Below, piece after piece: positions 12,046-25,800 of a DNA stretch of 64,000 nucleotides. Under the pieces are notes generated by a model. That model was not told the DNA's origin. It made no database searches and saw only the letters and a list, made by a program, of their open reading frames with translations. How positions within the stretch are numbered: the stretch's first letter is position 1; each line of letters opens with the position of its first letter. The position numbers and the translations under genes were made by a program. The stretch comes from Centroscyllium fabricii (taxonomy: Eukaryota): contig JBNRSN020000009.1 in assembly GCA_051313645.2 (NCBI GenBank), positions 135,408,001 through 135,472,000 of the forward strand, in the 5' to 3' direction.

Positions 12046-12409
12046 TGGACTTCCTCCTTCCAGCACCCTCACTGTGCTTAAATCAAGACTCCTCACACTG
12101 TTCCCTACTCTAGCTTACTCTTTTCCAGGAGTTCAGATGCGTGCACAGTGCTTCACTGAAGCGGGCTTATGGTCCGTTTACCGTACAATTGGAGGCGCTG
12201 CAAGTGAGATAAATGATGCTAGCTGAATATATGGGGACCAAGCAGCAGAGGTGGCTTGTCCCAGTCCCTCCAGACAGAGCTTGTCCCAGTCCCTCCAGAC
12301 AGAGCTTGTCCCAGTCCCTCCAGACAGAGCTTGTCCCAGTCCCTCCAGACAGAGCTTGTCCCATTCCCTCCAGACAGAGTGTGTCCTTCTCCCCCAGACA
12401 GAGCTTACG

Positions 12410-12810
12410 TAGAAACATAGAAGATAGGAGCAGGAGTAGGCCATTCGGCCCTTCGAGCCTGCTCCGCCATTCAATGAGATCATGGCTGATCATCCAAATT
12501 CAGCACCCTATCCTTGCCTTATCGCCATATCCCTCGATCCCTATCGAGCCTGCACCGACACATATCCCACCCTATCCCTGTAACCCGACATATTCGATCC
12601 CCCTAACACGAAGGGTCAATTTATCCTGGCCAATCAAACTAACCCGCACATCTTTGGACTGTGGGAGGAAACCGGAGCACCCGGAGGAAGCCCACGCAGA
12701 CACGGGGAGAATGTGCAAACTCCACACAGATAGTACCCGAGGCTGGATTTGAACCCGGGTCTCTAGTGCTGTAAGGCAACAGTGCTAACCACTATGCCAC
12801 CGTGCTGCCC
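12410..12810 (-). mobile_element. HE1-like V-SINE inserted in the satellite
   Basis: Full head-to-tail copy; satellite resumes at 12811. Confidence 0.9.
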
Positions 12811-13375
12811 TTGTCCCAGTCCCTCCACAGACAGAGGTTGTCCCAGTCCCACCAGACAGAGCGTGTCCCAGTCCCTCCAGACAGAGCTTGTCCTAGTCCC
12901 CGAGACAGAGCGTGCTAGTCCCCCAGACAGAGCGTGTCCTAGTCCCCGAGAAAGAGCGTGTCCCAGTCCCTCCAGACAGATCTTGTCCCAGTCCCCCAGA
13001 CAGAGCTTGTCCTAGTCCCTCCAGACAGAGCGTGTCCTAGTCCCCCAGACAGAGCGTGTCCTAGTCCCCCAGACAGAGCGTGTCCTAGTCCCCCAGACAG
13101 AGCGTGTCCTAGTCCCCCAGACAGAGCGTGTCCTAGTCCCCCAGACAGAGCGTGTCCTAGTCCCCCAGACAGAGCGTGTCCCAGTCCCCCAGACAGAGAG
13201 TGTCCCAGTCCCCCAGACAGAGCGTGCCCCAGTCCCTCCAGCCAGAGCCTGTCCCAGTCCCTCCAGACAGAGCCTGTCCCAGTCCCTCCAGACAGAGCTT
13301 GTCCCAGTCTCTCCACAGACAGAGCTTGTCCCAGTCCCTCCAGACAGAGCTTGTCCCAGTCCCTCCAGACAGAGC

Positions 13376-13882
13376 TTTTTTTTATTTTATCTTTATATTC
13401 GTTGATGGGATGTGGGCGTCGCTGTCTGGCAAGGCCTGCATTTAGTGCCCATCCCTAATTGCCCTCGAGAAGATGGTGGTGAGCCGCCTTCTTGAACCGC
13501 TGCAGTCCATATGGTGTCGGTACACCCACAATGTTGCGTAGCGGTTGTTTACAACTGAGTGGCTCGCTGGGCCATTTCAGAGGGCATCAAGAGTCAACCA
13601 CATTGCTGTGGGTCTGGAGTCACATGTAGGCCAGGCCAGACCAGGTAAGGACGGCAGATTTCCTTCCCTAAAGGACATTAGTGAACCAGATGGGTTTTTG
13701 CAACAATCGACAATGGTATCATGGTTGCCATTACTAAGACTAACATTTAATTCCAGAATTAAATTGAATTGAATTTAAATTCCATCAGCTGCCGTGGTGG
13801 GATTTGAACCCATATCCTCAGAGCATTTGACTGAGCCTCTGGCTTACTAGTCTAGTGACATAACTACGACGCCACCGCCTCC
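13376..13882 (-). mobile_element. tRNA-derived SINE (MetaSINE-like core) with LINE-derived tail, inserted in the satellite
   Basis: Reverse complement head GGAGGCGGTGGCGTCGTAGTTATGTCACTAG...GGTTCAAATCCCACC; core ggttcactaatgtcctttagggaaggaaatctgccgtccttacc; tail matches the LINE end at 49040-49330. Confidence 0.8.
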
Positions 13883-16800
13883 CGCCTGTCCCAGTCCCTC
13901 CAGACAGAGCTTCTCCCAGTCCCTCCACAGACAGAGCTTGTCCGAGTCCCTCCAGACAGAGCTTGTCCCAGTCCCTCCAGACAGAGCTTGTCCCAGTCCC
14001 TCCAGACAGAGCGTGTCCCAGTCCCTCCAGACAGAGCGTGTCCCAGTCCCTCCAGACAGAGCGTGTCCCAGTCCCTCCAGGCAGAGCGTGTCCCAGTCCC
14101 TCCAGGCAGAGCGTGTCCCAGTCCCTCCAGGCAGAGCGTGTCCCAGTCCCTCCAGGCAGAGCGTGTCCCAGTCCCTCCAGGCAGAGCGTGTCCCAGTCCC
14201 TCCAGGCAGAGCTTGTCCCAGTCTCTCCAGACAGAGCATTTCCTAGTCCCCCAGACAGAGCGTTTCGTAGTCCTACAGAGCTTGTCCCAGTCACCCCAGA
14301 CAGAGCTTGTCCCAGTCACCCCAGACAGAGCTTGTCCCAGTCACCCCAGACAGAGCTTGTCCCAGTCACCCCAGACAGAGCTTGTCCCAGTCACCCCAGA
14401 CAGAGCTTGTCCCAGTCACCCCAGACAGAGCTTGTCCCAGTCACCCCAGACAGAGCTTGTCCCAGTCACCCCAGACAGAGCTTGTCCCAGTCACCCCAGA
14501 CAGAGCTTGTCCCAGTCCCTCCAGACAGAGCCTGTCCTAGTCCCTCCAGACAGAGCTTGTCCCAGTCCCTCCAGACAGAGCTTGTCCCAGTCCCTCCAGA
14601 CAGAGCTTGTCGTAGTCCCCCAGACAGAGTGTGTCCCAGTCCCTCCAGACAGAGCTTGTCCCAGTCCCTCCAGACAGTGTGTGTCCTAATCCCCCAGAGT
14701 GTGTCCTAGTCCCCCAGACAGAGCTTGTCCCAGTCCCTCCACACAGCGCTTGTCCCAGTCCCTCCAGACAGCTTGTCCCAGTTCCTCCACAGACAGAGCT
14801 TGTCCCAGTCCCTCCAGACAGAGCTTGTGCTAGTCCCCCAGACAGAGCATGTCCCAGTCCCTCCAGACAGAGCCTGTGCTAGCCCACCAGACAGAGCTTG
14901 CCCCAGTCCCTCCACAGACAGAGATGGTCCCAGTCCCTCCAGACAGAGCTTGTCTCAGGCCCTACACAGGCAGATCCTGTCTCTGTCCCCCAGACAGAGC
15001 TTGTCCCAGTCCCTCCAGACAGCTTGTCCCAGTCCCTCCACAGACATATGTTGGCCCTGTCACCAGACAGAGCTTGTCCCAGTGCCTCCACAGACAAAGC
15101 TTGTCCTAGTCCCCAGACAGATTGTGTCCCAGTCCCTCCAGACAGAGTGTGTCCCAGTCGCTCCAGAAACAGAGCTTGTCCCAGTCCCTCCAGACAGAGC
15201 TTGTCCCAGTCCCTCCAGACAGAGCTTGTCCCAGTCCCTCCAGACAGAGCTTGTCCCATTCCCACCAGACAGAGCTTCTCCCACTCCCTCCAAACAGCTT
15301 GTCCCAGTCCCTCCAGACAGAGCGTGTCCCAGTCCCTCCAGACAGAGCGCCTCACAGTCCCTCCAGACAGAGCTTGTCCTAGTCCCCCCAGACAGGGCTT
15401 GTCGCAGTCCCCCCAGACAGGGCTTGTCGCAGTCCCTCCAGACAGAGCTTGTCCCAGTCCCTCCAGAGAGGGCTTGTCCCAGTCCCTCCAGAGAGGGCGT
15501 GTCCCAGTCCCTCCGGACAGAGCTGGTCCCAGTCCCTCCGGACAGAGCGCGTCCCAGTCCCTCCGGACAGAGCGCGTCCCAGTCCCTCCGGACAGAGCGC
15601 GTCCCAGTCCCTCCGGACAGAGCGCGTCCCAGTCCCTCCGGACAGAGCGCGTCCCAGTCCCTCCGGACAGAGCGCGTCCCAGTCCCTCCGGACAGAGCGC
15701 GTCCCAGTCCCTCCGGACAGAGCGCGTCCCAGTCCCTCCGGACAGAGCGCGTCCCAGTCCCTCCGGGCAGAGCGCGTCCCAGTCCCTCCGGGCAGAGCGC
15801 GTCCCAGTCCCTCCGGGCAGAGCGCGTCCCAGTCCCTCCGGGCAGAGCGCGTCCCAGTCCCTCCGGACAGAGCGCGTCCCAGTCCCTCCGGACAGAGCGC
15901 GTCCCAGTCCCTCCGGACAGAGCGCGTCCCAGTCCCTCCGGACAGAGCGCGTCCCAGTCCCTCCGGACAGAGCGCGTCCCAGTCACCCAGACAGAGCGTT
16001 TCATAGTCCTCCAGACAGAGAGTGTCCAAGTCCCCCAGACAGAACTTGTCCCAATCACCCCAGATAGAGCTTGTCCCAGTCCCTCCAGACAGAGCTTGTC
16101 CCAGTCCCTCCAGACAGAGCTTGTCCCAGTCCCTCCAGACAGAGCTTGTCCCAGTCCCTCCAGACAGAGCTTGTCCCAGTCCCTCCAGACAGAGCCTGTC
16201 CCTGTCCCAGTCCCTCCAGAAAGAGCCTGTCCCAGTCCCTCCAGACAGAGCCTGTCCCAGTCCCTCCAGACAGAGCCTGTCCCAGTCCCTCCAGACAGAG
16301 CTTGCCCCAGTCCCTCCAGACAGAGCTTGTCACAGTCCCTCCAGACAGAGCTTGTCACAGTCCCTCCAGACAGAGCGTGTCCCAGTCCCTCCAGACAGAG
16401 CGCGTCCCAGTCCCTCCAGACAGAGCGCGTCCCAGTCACCCAGACAGAGCGTTTCATAGTCCTCCAGACAGAGAGTGTCCAGGTCCCCCAGACAGAACTT
16501 GTCCCAATCACCCCAGATAGAGCTTGTCCCAGTCCCTCCAGACAGAGCCTGTCCCTGTCCCAGTCCCTCCAGAAAGAGCCTGTCCCAGTCCCTCCAGACA
16601 GAGCCTGTCCCAGTCCCTCCGGACAGAGCGTGTCCCAGTCCCTCCAGACAGAGCTTGCCCCAGTCCCTCCAGACAGAGCTTGTCACAGTCCCTCCAGACA
16701 GAGCTTGTCACAGTCCCTCCAGACAGAGCGTGTCCCAGTCCCTCCAGACAGAGCGTGTCCCAGTCCCCCAGACAGAGCGTGTCCCAGTCCCCCAGACAGA

Positions 16801-19800
16801 GTGTTTCCTAGTCCCCAAGAACGTTTCGTAGTCCTCCAGACAGAGCGTGTCCCAGTCCCCCAGACAGAGCTTGCCCCAGTCCCTCCAGACAGAGCTTGTC
16901 ACAGTCCCTCCAGACAGAGCTTGTCACAGTCCCTCCAGACAGAGCGTGTCCCAGTCCCTCCAGACAGAGCTTGTGCTAGTCCCCCAGACAGAGCTTGTCC
17001 CAGTCCCACCAGACAGAGCTTGTCCCAGTCCCTCCAGACAGAGCGTGTCCCAGTCACCCAGACAGAGCGTTTCATAGTCCTCCAGACAGAGAGTGTCCAA
17101 GTCCCCCAGACAGAACTTGTCCCAATCACCCCAGATAGAGCTTGTCCCAGTCCCTCCAGACAGAGCTTGTCCCAGTCCCTCCAGACAGAGCCTGTCCCTG
17201 TCCCAGTCCCTCCAGAAAGAGCCTGTCCCAGTCCCTCCGGACAGAGCCTGTCCCAGTCCCTCCGGACAGAGCCTGTCCCAGTCCCTCCGGACAGAGCGTG
17301 TCCCAGTCCCTCCAGACAGAGCTTGCCCCAGTCCCTCCAGACAGAGCTTGCCCCAGTCCCTCCAGACAGAGCTTGTCACAGTCCCTCCAGACAGAGTTTG
17401 TCACAGTCCCTCCAGACAGAGCGTGTCCCAGTCCCTCCAGACAGAGCGCTTCCCAGTCCCTCCAGACATAGCGCGTCCCAGTCACCCAGACAGAGCGTTT
17501 CATAGTCCTCCAGACAGAGAGTGTCCAAGTCCCCCAGACAGAACTTGTCCCAATCACCCCAGATAGAGCTTGTCCCAGTCCCTCCAGACAGAGCTTGTCC
17601 CAGTCCCTCCAGACAGAGCCTGTCCCTGTCCCAGTCCCTCCAGAAAGAGCGTGTCCCAGTCCCTCCAGACAGAGCTTGCCCCAGTCCCTCCAGACAGAGC
17701 GTGTCCCAGTCCCTCCAGACAGAGCTTGCCCCAGTCCCTCCAGACAGAGCTTGTCACAGTCCCTCCAGACAGAGCTTGTCCCAGTCCCTCCAGACAGAGC
17801 TGGTCCCAGTCCCTCCAGACAGAGCTGGTCCCAGTCCCTCCAGACAGAGCTGGTCCCAGTCCCTCCAGACAGAGCTGGTCCCAGTCCCTCCAGACAGAGC
17901 TGGTCCCAGTCCCTCCAGACAGAGCTGGTCCCAGTCCCTCCAGACAGAGCTGGTCCCAGTCCCTCCAGACAGAGCTGGTCCCAGTCCCTCCAGACAGAGC
18001 TGGTCCCAGTCCCTCCAGACAGAGCTGGTCCCAGTCCCTCCAGACAGAGCTGGTCCCAGTCCCTCCAGACAGAGCTGGTCCCAGTCCCTCCAGACAGAGC
18101 TGGTCCCAGTCCCTCCAGACAGAGCTGGTCCCAGTCCCTCCAGACAGAGCTGGTCCCAGTCCCTCCAGACAGAGCTGGTCCCAGTCCCTCCAGACAGAGC
18201 TGGTCCCAGTCCCTCCAGACAGAGCTGGTCCCAGTCCCTCCAGACAGAGCTGGTCCCAGTCCCTCCAGACAGAGCTGGTCCCAGTCCCTCCAGACAGAGC
18301 TGGTCCCAGTCCCTCCAGACAGAGCTGGTCCCAGTCCCTCCAGACAGAGCTGGTCCCAGTCCCTCCAGACAGAGCTGGTCCCAGTCCCTCCAGACAGAGC
18401 TGGTCCCAGTCCCTCCAGACAGAGCTGGTCCCAGTCCCTCCGGACAGAGCGCGTCCCAGTCCCTCCGGACAGAGCGCGTCCCAGTCCCTCCGGACAGAGC
18501 GCGTCCCAGTCCCTCCGGACAGAGCGCGTCCCAGTCCCTCCGGACAGAGCGCGTCCCAGTCCCTCCGGACAGAGCGCGTCCCAGTCCCTGCGGACAGAGC
18601 GCGTCCCAGTCCCTCCGGGCAGAGCGCGTCCCAGTCCCTCCGGGCAGAGCGCGTCCCAGTCCCTCCGGACAGAGCGCGTCCCAGTCCCTCCGGACAGAGC
18701 GCGTCCCAGTCCCTCCGGACAGAGCGCGTCCCAGTCCCTCCGGACAGAGCGCGTCCCAGTCCCTCCGGACAGAGCGCGTCCCAGTCCCTCCGGACAGAGC
18801 GCGTCCCAGTCACCCCGGACAGAGCGTTTCATAGTCCTCCAGACAGAGAGTGTCCAAGTCCCCCAGACAGAACTTGTCCCAATCACCCCAGATAGAGCTT
18901 GTCCCAGTCCCTCCAGACAGAGCTTGTCCCAGTCCCTCCAGACAGAGCTTGTCCCAGTCCCTCCAGACAGAGCTTGTCCCAGTCCCTCCAGACAGAGCTT
19001 GTCCCAGTCCCTCCAGACAGAGCCTGTCCCTGTCCCAGTCCCTCCAGAAAGAGCCTGTCCCAGTCCCTCCAGACAGAGCCTGTCCCAGTCCCTCCAGACA
19101 GAGCCTGTCCCAGTCCCTCCAGACAGAGCTTGCCCCAGTCCCTCCAGACAGAGCTTGTCACAGTCCCTCCAGACAGAGCTTGTCACAGTCCCTCCAGACA
19201 GAGCGTGTCCCAGTCCCTCCAGACAGAGCGCGTCCCAGTCCCTCCAGACAGAGCGCGTCCCAGTCACCCAGACAGAGCGCGTCCCAGTCCCTCCAGACAG
19301 AGCGCGTCCCAGTCCCTCCAGACAGAGCGCGTCCCAGTCCCTCCAGACAGAGCGCGTCCCAGTCCCTCCAGACAGAGCGCGTCCCAGTCCCTCCAGACAG
19401 AGCGCGTCCCAGTCCCTCCAGACAGAGCGCGTCCCAGTCCCTCCAGACAGAGCGCGTCCCAGTCCCTCCAGACAGAGCGCGTCCCAGTCCCTCCAGACAG
19501 AGCGCGTCCCAGTCCCTCCAGACAGAGCGCGTCCCAGTCCCTCCAGACAGAGCGCGTCCCAGTCCCTCCAGACAGAGCGCGTCCCAGTCCCTCCAGACAG
19601 AGCGCGTCCCAGTCCCTCCAGACAGAGCGCGTCCCAGTCCCTCCAGACAGAGCGCGTCCCAGTCCCTCCAGACAGAGCGCGTCCCAGTCCCTCCAGACAG
19701 AGCGCGTCCCAGTCCCTCCAGACGGAGCGCGTCCCAGTCACTCCAGACAGAGCGCGTCCCAGTCCCTCCAGACAGAGCGCGTCCCAGTCCCTCCAGACAG

Positions 19801-22800
19801 AGCGCGTCCCAGTCCCTCCAGACAGAGCGCGTCCCAGTCCCACCAGACAGAGCGCGTCCCAGTCCCACCAGACAGAGCTTGTCCCAGTCCCACCAGACAG
19901 AGCGCGTCCCAGTCCCACCAGACAGAGCGCGTCCCAGTCCCACCAGACAGAGCGCGTCCCAGTCCCACCAGACAGAGCGCGTCCCAGTCCCACCAGACAG
20001 AGCATGTCCTAGTCACCCAGAGCGTTTCATAGTCCTCCAGACAGAGAGTGTCCTAGTCCGCCAGACAGAGCTTGTCCCAGTCACCCCAGACAGAGCTTGC
20101 CCCAGTCTCTCCAGACAGAGCTTGTCCCAGTCCCTCCAGACAGAGCTTGTCCCAGTCCCTCCAGACTGGAGCGTGTCCCAGTCCCTCCAGACTGGAGCGT
20201 GTCCCAGTCCATCCAGACAGAGCGTGTCCTAGTCCCCCCAGACAGGGCTTGTCGCAGTCCCTCCAGACAGAGCGTGTCCCAGTCCTTCCAGAGAGAGCGT
20301 GTCCCAGTCCCTCCAGACAGAGCTTGTCCCATTCTCTCCAGACAGAGCTTGTCCCAGTCTCTCCACAGACAGAGCTTGTGCTAGTCCCCCAGACAGAGCT
20401 TGTCCCAGTCCCTCCAGACAGAGCGCGTCCCAGTCCCACCAGACAGAGCGCGTCCCAGTCCCACCAGACAGAGCGCGTCCCAGTCCCACCAGACAGAGCG
20501 CGTCCCAGTCCCACCAGACAGAGCGCTTCCCAGTCCCACCAGACAGAGCGCGTCCCAGTCCCTCCAGACAGAGCATGTCCAAGTCACCCAGACAGAGCGT
20601 TTCATAGTCCTCCAGAGAGTGTCCTAGTCCCCCAGACAGAGCTTGTCCCAGTCACCCCAGACAGAGCTTGCCCCAGTCCCTCCAGACAGAGCTTGCCCCA
20701 GTCCCTCCAGACAGAGCTTGTCCCAGTCCCTCCAGACAGAGCGTGTCCCAGTCCCTCCAGACAGAGCGTGTCCCAGTCCCTCCAGACAGAGCTTGTCCCA
20801 GTCCCTCCAGACAGAGCTTGTCCCAGTCCCTCCAGACAGAGCTTGTCCCAGTCCCTCCAGACAGAGCTTGTCCCAGTCCCACCAGAGAGAGCGTGTCCCA
20901 GTCCCTCCGGACAGAGCTTGTCCCAGTCCCTCTGGACAGAGCTTGTCCCAGTCCCTCCGGACAGAGCTTGTCCCAGTCCCTCCGGACAGAGCTTGTCCCA
21001 GTCCCTCCGGACAGAGCTTGTCCCAGTCCCTCCGGACAGAGCTTGCCCCAGTCCCTCCGGACAGAGCTTGCCCCAGTCCCTCCGGACAGAGCTTGCCCCA
21101 GTCCCTCCGGACAGAGCTTGCCCCAGTCCCTCCGGACAGAGCTTGCCCCAGTCCCTCCGGACAGAGCTTGCCCCAGTCCCTCCGGACAGAGCTTGCCCCA
21201 GTCCCTCCGGACAGAGCTTGCCCCAGTCCCTCCAGACAGAGCTTGCCCCAGTCCCTCCAGACAGAGCTAGTCCGAGTCCCTCCAGACAGAGCGTGTCCCA
21301 GTCCCTCCAGACAGAGCTTGTGCTAGTCCCCCAGACAGAGCTCGTCACAGTCCCTCCATAGAGACTTGCCCCAGACCCTCCAGTTTGTCCCAGTCCCTCC
21401 AGAGCGTGTCCCAGTCCCTCCAGACAGAGCTTGTCCCAGTCCCCCAGACAGAGCTTGTCCCAGTCCCTCCAGAGCCTGTCCCATTCCCCCAGACAGAGCT
21501 TGTCACAGTCCCTCCACAGACAGCTTGTCCCAGTCCATCCACAGACAGAGCTTATCCCAGTCCCTCCAGACAGAGCTTGTCCCAGTCCATCCAGACAGAG
21601 CTTGTCGTAGTCCCCCAGACAGAGTGTGTCCCAGTCCCTCCACAGACAGAGCTTGTGCTAGTCCCCCAGACAGAGCTTGTCCCAGTCCCTCCAGACAGAG
21701 CTTGTCCCAGTCCCTCCAGACAGAGCTTGTCCCAGTCCCTCCAGACAGCTTGTCCCAGTCCCTTCAGACAGAGCTTGTGCTAGTCCCCCCCAGACAGAGC
21801 TTGCCCCAGTCCCTCCACAGACAGAGATGGTCCCAGTCCCTCCAGACAGATCTTGTCTCAGGCCCTACACAGACAGAATTTGTCCCTGTCCCCCAGACAG
21901 AGCTTGTCCCAGTCCCACCAGACAGAGCTTGTCCCTGTCCCTCCAGACAGAGCGCGTCCCAGTTCCTCCAGACAGAGATTGTCCCAGTCCCACCAGACAG
22001 AGCGTGTCCCAGTCCCACCAGACAGAGCGTGTCCCAGTCCCTCCAGACAGAGCGTGTCCCAGTCCCTCCAGAGCGTTTCCTAGTCCTCCAGACAGAGAGT
22101 GTCCTAGTCCCCCAGACAGAGCTTGTCCCAGTCCCTCCAGACAGAGCGCGTCCCAGTCCCTCCAGACAGAGCGCGTCCCAGTCCCTCCAGACTGGAGCGC
22201 GTCCCAGTCCCTCCAGACTGGAGCGCGTCCCAGTCCCTCCAGACTGGAGCGCGTCCCAGTCCCTCCAGACTGGAGCGCGTCCCAGTCCCTCCAGACTGGA
22301 GCGCGTCCCAGTCCCTCCAGACTGGAGCGCGTCCCAGTCCCTCCAGACTGGAGCGCGTCCCAGTCCCTCCAGACTGGAGCGCGTCCCAGTCCCTCCAGAC
22401 TGGAGCGCGTCCCAGTCCCTCCAGACTGGAGCGCGTCCCAGTCCCTCCAGACTGGAGCGCGTCCCAGTCCCTCCAGACTGGAGCGCGTCCCAGTCCCTCC
22501 AGACTGGAGCGCGTCCCAGTCCCTCCAGACTGGAGCGCGTCCCAGTCCCTCCAGACAGAGCGCGTCCCAGTCCCTCCAGACAGAGCGCGTCCCAGTCCCT
22601 CCAGACAGAGCGCGTCCCAGTCCCTCCAGACAGAGCGCGTCCCAGTCCCTCCAGACAGAGCGCGTCCCAGTCCCTCCAGACAGAGCGCGTCCCAGTCCCA
22701 CCAGACAGAGCTTGTCCCAGTCCCACCAGACAGAGCTTGTCCCAGTCCCACCAGACAGAGCGCGTCCCAGTCCCACCAGACAGAGCGCGTCCCAGTCCCT

Positions 22801-25800
22801 CCAGACAGAGCATGTCCTAGTCACCCAGAGCGTTTCATAGTCCTCCAGACAGAGTGTCCTAGTCCCCCAGACAGAGCTTGTCCCAGTCACCCCAGACAGA
22901 GCTTGCCCCAGTCCCGCCAGACAGAGCTTGTCCCAGTCCCTCCAGACAGAGCTTGTGCTAGTCCCCCAGACAGAGCTTGTCCCAGTCCCACCAGACAGAG
23001 CTTGTCCCAGTCCCTCCAGACAGAGCTTGTCCCAGTCCCTCCAGACAGAGCGTGTCCCAGTCCATCCAGACAGAGCGTGTCCTAGTCCCCCCAGACAGGG
23101 CTTGTCGCAGTCCCTCCAGACAGAGCGTGTCCCAGTCCTTCCAGAGAGAGCGTGTCCCAGTCCCTCCAGACAGAGCTTGTCCCATTCTCTCCAGACAGAG
23201 CTTGTCCCAGTCTCTCCACAGACAGAGCTTGTGCTAGTCCCCCAGACAGAGCTTGTGCTAGTCCCCCAGACAGAGCTTGTCCCAGTCCCTCCAGACAGAG
23301 CGCGTCCCAGTCCCTCCAGACAGAGCGCGTCCCAGTCCCACCAGACAGAGCGCGTCCCAGTCCCACCAGACAGAGCGCGTCCCAGTCCCACCAGACAGAG
23401 CGCGTCCCAGTCCCACCAGACAGAGCGCGTCCCAGTCCCACCAGACAGAGCGCGTCCCAGTCCCACCAGACAGAGCGCGTCCCAGTCCCACCAGACAGAG
23501 CGCGTCCCAGTCCCTCCAGACAGAGCACGTCCTAGTCACCCAGACAGAGCGTTTCATAGTCCTCCAGACAGAGAGTGTCCTAGTCCCCCAGACAGAGCTG
23601 GTCCCAGTCACCCCAGACAGAGCTTGCCCCAGTCCCTCCAGACAGAGCTTGCCCCAGTCCCTCCAGACAGAGCTTGTCCCAGTCCCTCCAGACAGAGCGT
23701 GTCCCAGTCCCTCCAGACAGAGCTTGTCCCAGTCCCTCCAGACAGAGCTTGTCCCAGTCCCTCCAGACAGAGCTTGTCCCAGTCCCTCCAGACAGAGCTT
23801 GTCCCAGTCCCACCAGAGAGAGCGTGTCCCAGTCCCTCCGGACAGAGCTTGTCCCAGTCCCTCCGGACAGAGCTTGTCCCAGTCCCTCCGGACAGAGCTT
23901 GTCCCAGTCCCTCCGGACAGAGCTTGTCCCAGTCCCTCCGGACAGAGCTTGTCCCAGTCCCTCCGGACAGAGCTTGTCCCAGTCCCTCCGGACAGAGCTT
24001 GTCCCAGTCCCTCCGGACAGAGCTTGTCCCAGTCCCTCCGGACAGAGCTTGTCCCAGTCCCTCCGGACAGAGCTTGTCCCAGTCCCTCCGGACAGAGCTT
24101 GTCCCAGTCCCTCCGGACAGAGCTTGTCCCAGTCCCTCCGGACAGAGCTTGTCCCAGTCCCTCCGGACAGAGCTTGCCCCAGTCCCTCCGGACAGAGCTT
24201 GCCCCAGTCCCTCCGGACAGAGCTTGCCCCAGTCCCTCCGGACAGAGCTTGCCCCAGTCCCTCCGGACAGAGCTTGCCCCAGTCCCTCCGGACAGAGCTT
24301 GCCCCAGTCCCTCCGGACAGAGCTTGCCCCAGTCCCTCCAGACAGAGCTAGTCCGAGTCCCTCCAGACAGAGCGTGTCCCAGTCCCTCCAGACAGAGCTT
24401 GTGCTAGTCCCCCAGACAGAGCTTGTCACAGTCCCTCCATAGAGACTTGCCCCAGACCCTCCAGTTTGTCCCAGTCCCTACCGACAGAACTTGTCCCAGT
24501 CCCTCCAGAGCGTGTCCCAGTCCCTCCAGACAGAGCTTGTCCCAGTCCCCCAGACAGAGCTTGTCCCAGTCCCTCCAGAGCCTGTCCCATTCCCCCAGAC
24601 AGAGCTTGTCACAGTCCCTCCACAGACAGCTTGTCCCAGTCCATCCACAGACAGAGCTTGTCCCAGTCCATCCAGACAGAGCTTGTCGTAGTCCCCCAGA
24701 CAGAGTGTGTTCCAGTCCCTCCAGACAGAGCTCGTCCCAGTCCCTCCACAGACAGAGCTCGTCCCAGTCCCTCCACAGACAGAGCTTGTGCTAGTCCCCC
24801 AGACAGAGCTTGTCCCAGTCCCTCCAGACAGAGCTTGTCCCAGTCCCTCCAGACAGAGCTTGTCCCAGTCCCTCCAGACAGCTTGTCCCAGTCCCTTCAG
24901 ACAGAGCTTGTGCTAGTCCCCCCCAGACAGAGCTTGCCCCAGTCCCTCCACAGACAGAGATGGTCCCAGTCCCTCCAGACAGATCTTGTCTCAGGCCCTA
25001 CACAGACAGAATTTGTCCCTGTCCCCCAGACAGAGCGCGTCCCAGTCCCACCAGACAGAGCTTGTCCCTGTCCCTCCAGACAGAGCGCGTCCCAGTTCCT
25101 CCAGACAGAGCTCGTCCCTGTCCCCCAGACAGAGCTCGTCCCAGTCCCACCAGACAGAGCTCGTCCCTGTCCCTCCAGACAGAGCGCGTCCCAGTTCCTC
25201 CAGACTGAGCTTGTCCCAGTCCCTCCAGACAGAGCTTGTCCCAGTCCCTCCAGACAGAGCTTGTCCCAGTCCCACCAGACAGAGCGTGTCCCAGTCCCTC
25301 CAGAGCGTTTCCTAGTCCTCCAGACAGAGCGCGTCCCAGTTCCTCCAGACAGAGCTTGGCCCAGTCCCACCAGACAGAGCGTGTCCCAGTCCCACCAGAG
25401 CGTGTCCCAGTCCCTCCAGAGCGTTTCCTAGTCCTCCAGACAGAGAGTGTCCTAGTACCCCAGACAGAGCCTGTCCCAGTCACCCCAGACAGAGCCTGTC
25501 CCAGTCACCCCAGACAGAGCCTGTCCCAGTCCCTCCAGACAGAGCCTGTCCCAGTCCCTCCAGACAGAGCCTGTCCCAGTCCCTCCAGACAGAGCCTGTC
25601 CCAGTCCCTCCAGACAGAGCCTGTCCCAGTCCCTCCAGACAGAGCCTGTCCCAGTCCCTCCAGACAGAGCCTGTCCCAGTCCCTCCAGACAGAGCCTGTC
25701 CCAGTCACCCCAGACAGAGCCTGTCCCAGTCACCCCAGACAGAGCCTGTCCCAGTCCCTCCAGACAGAGCCTGTCCCAGTCCCTCCAGACAGAGCCTGTC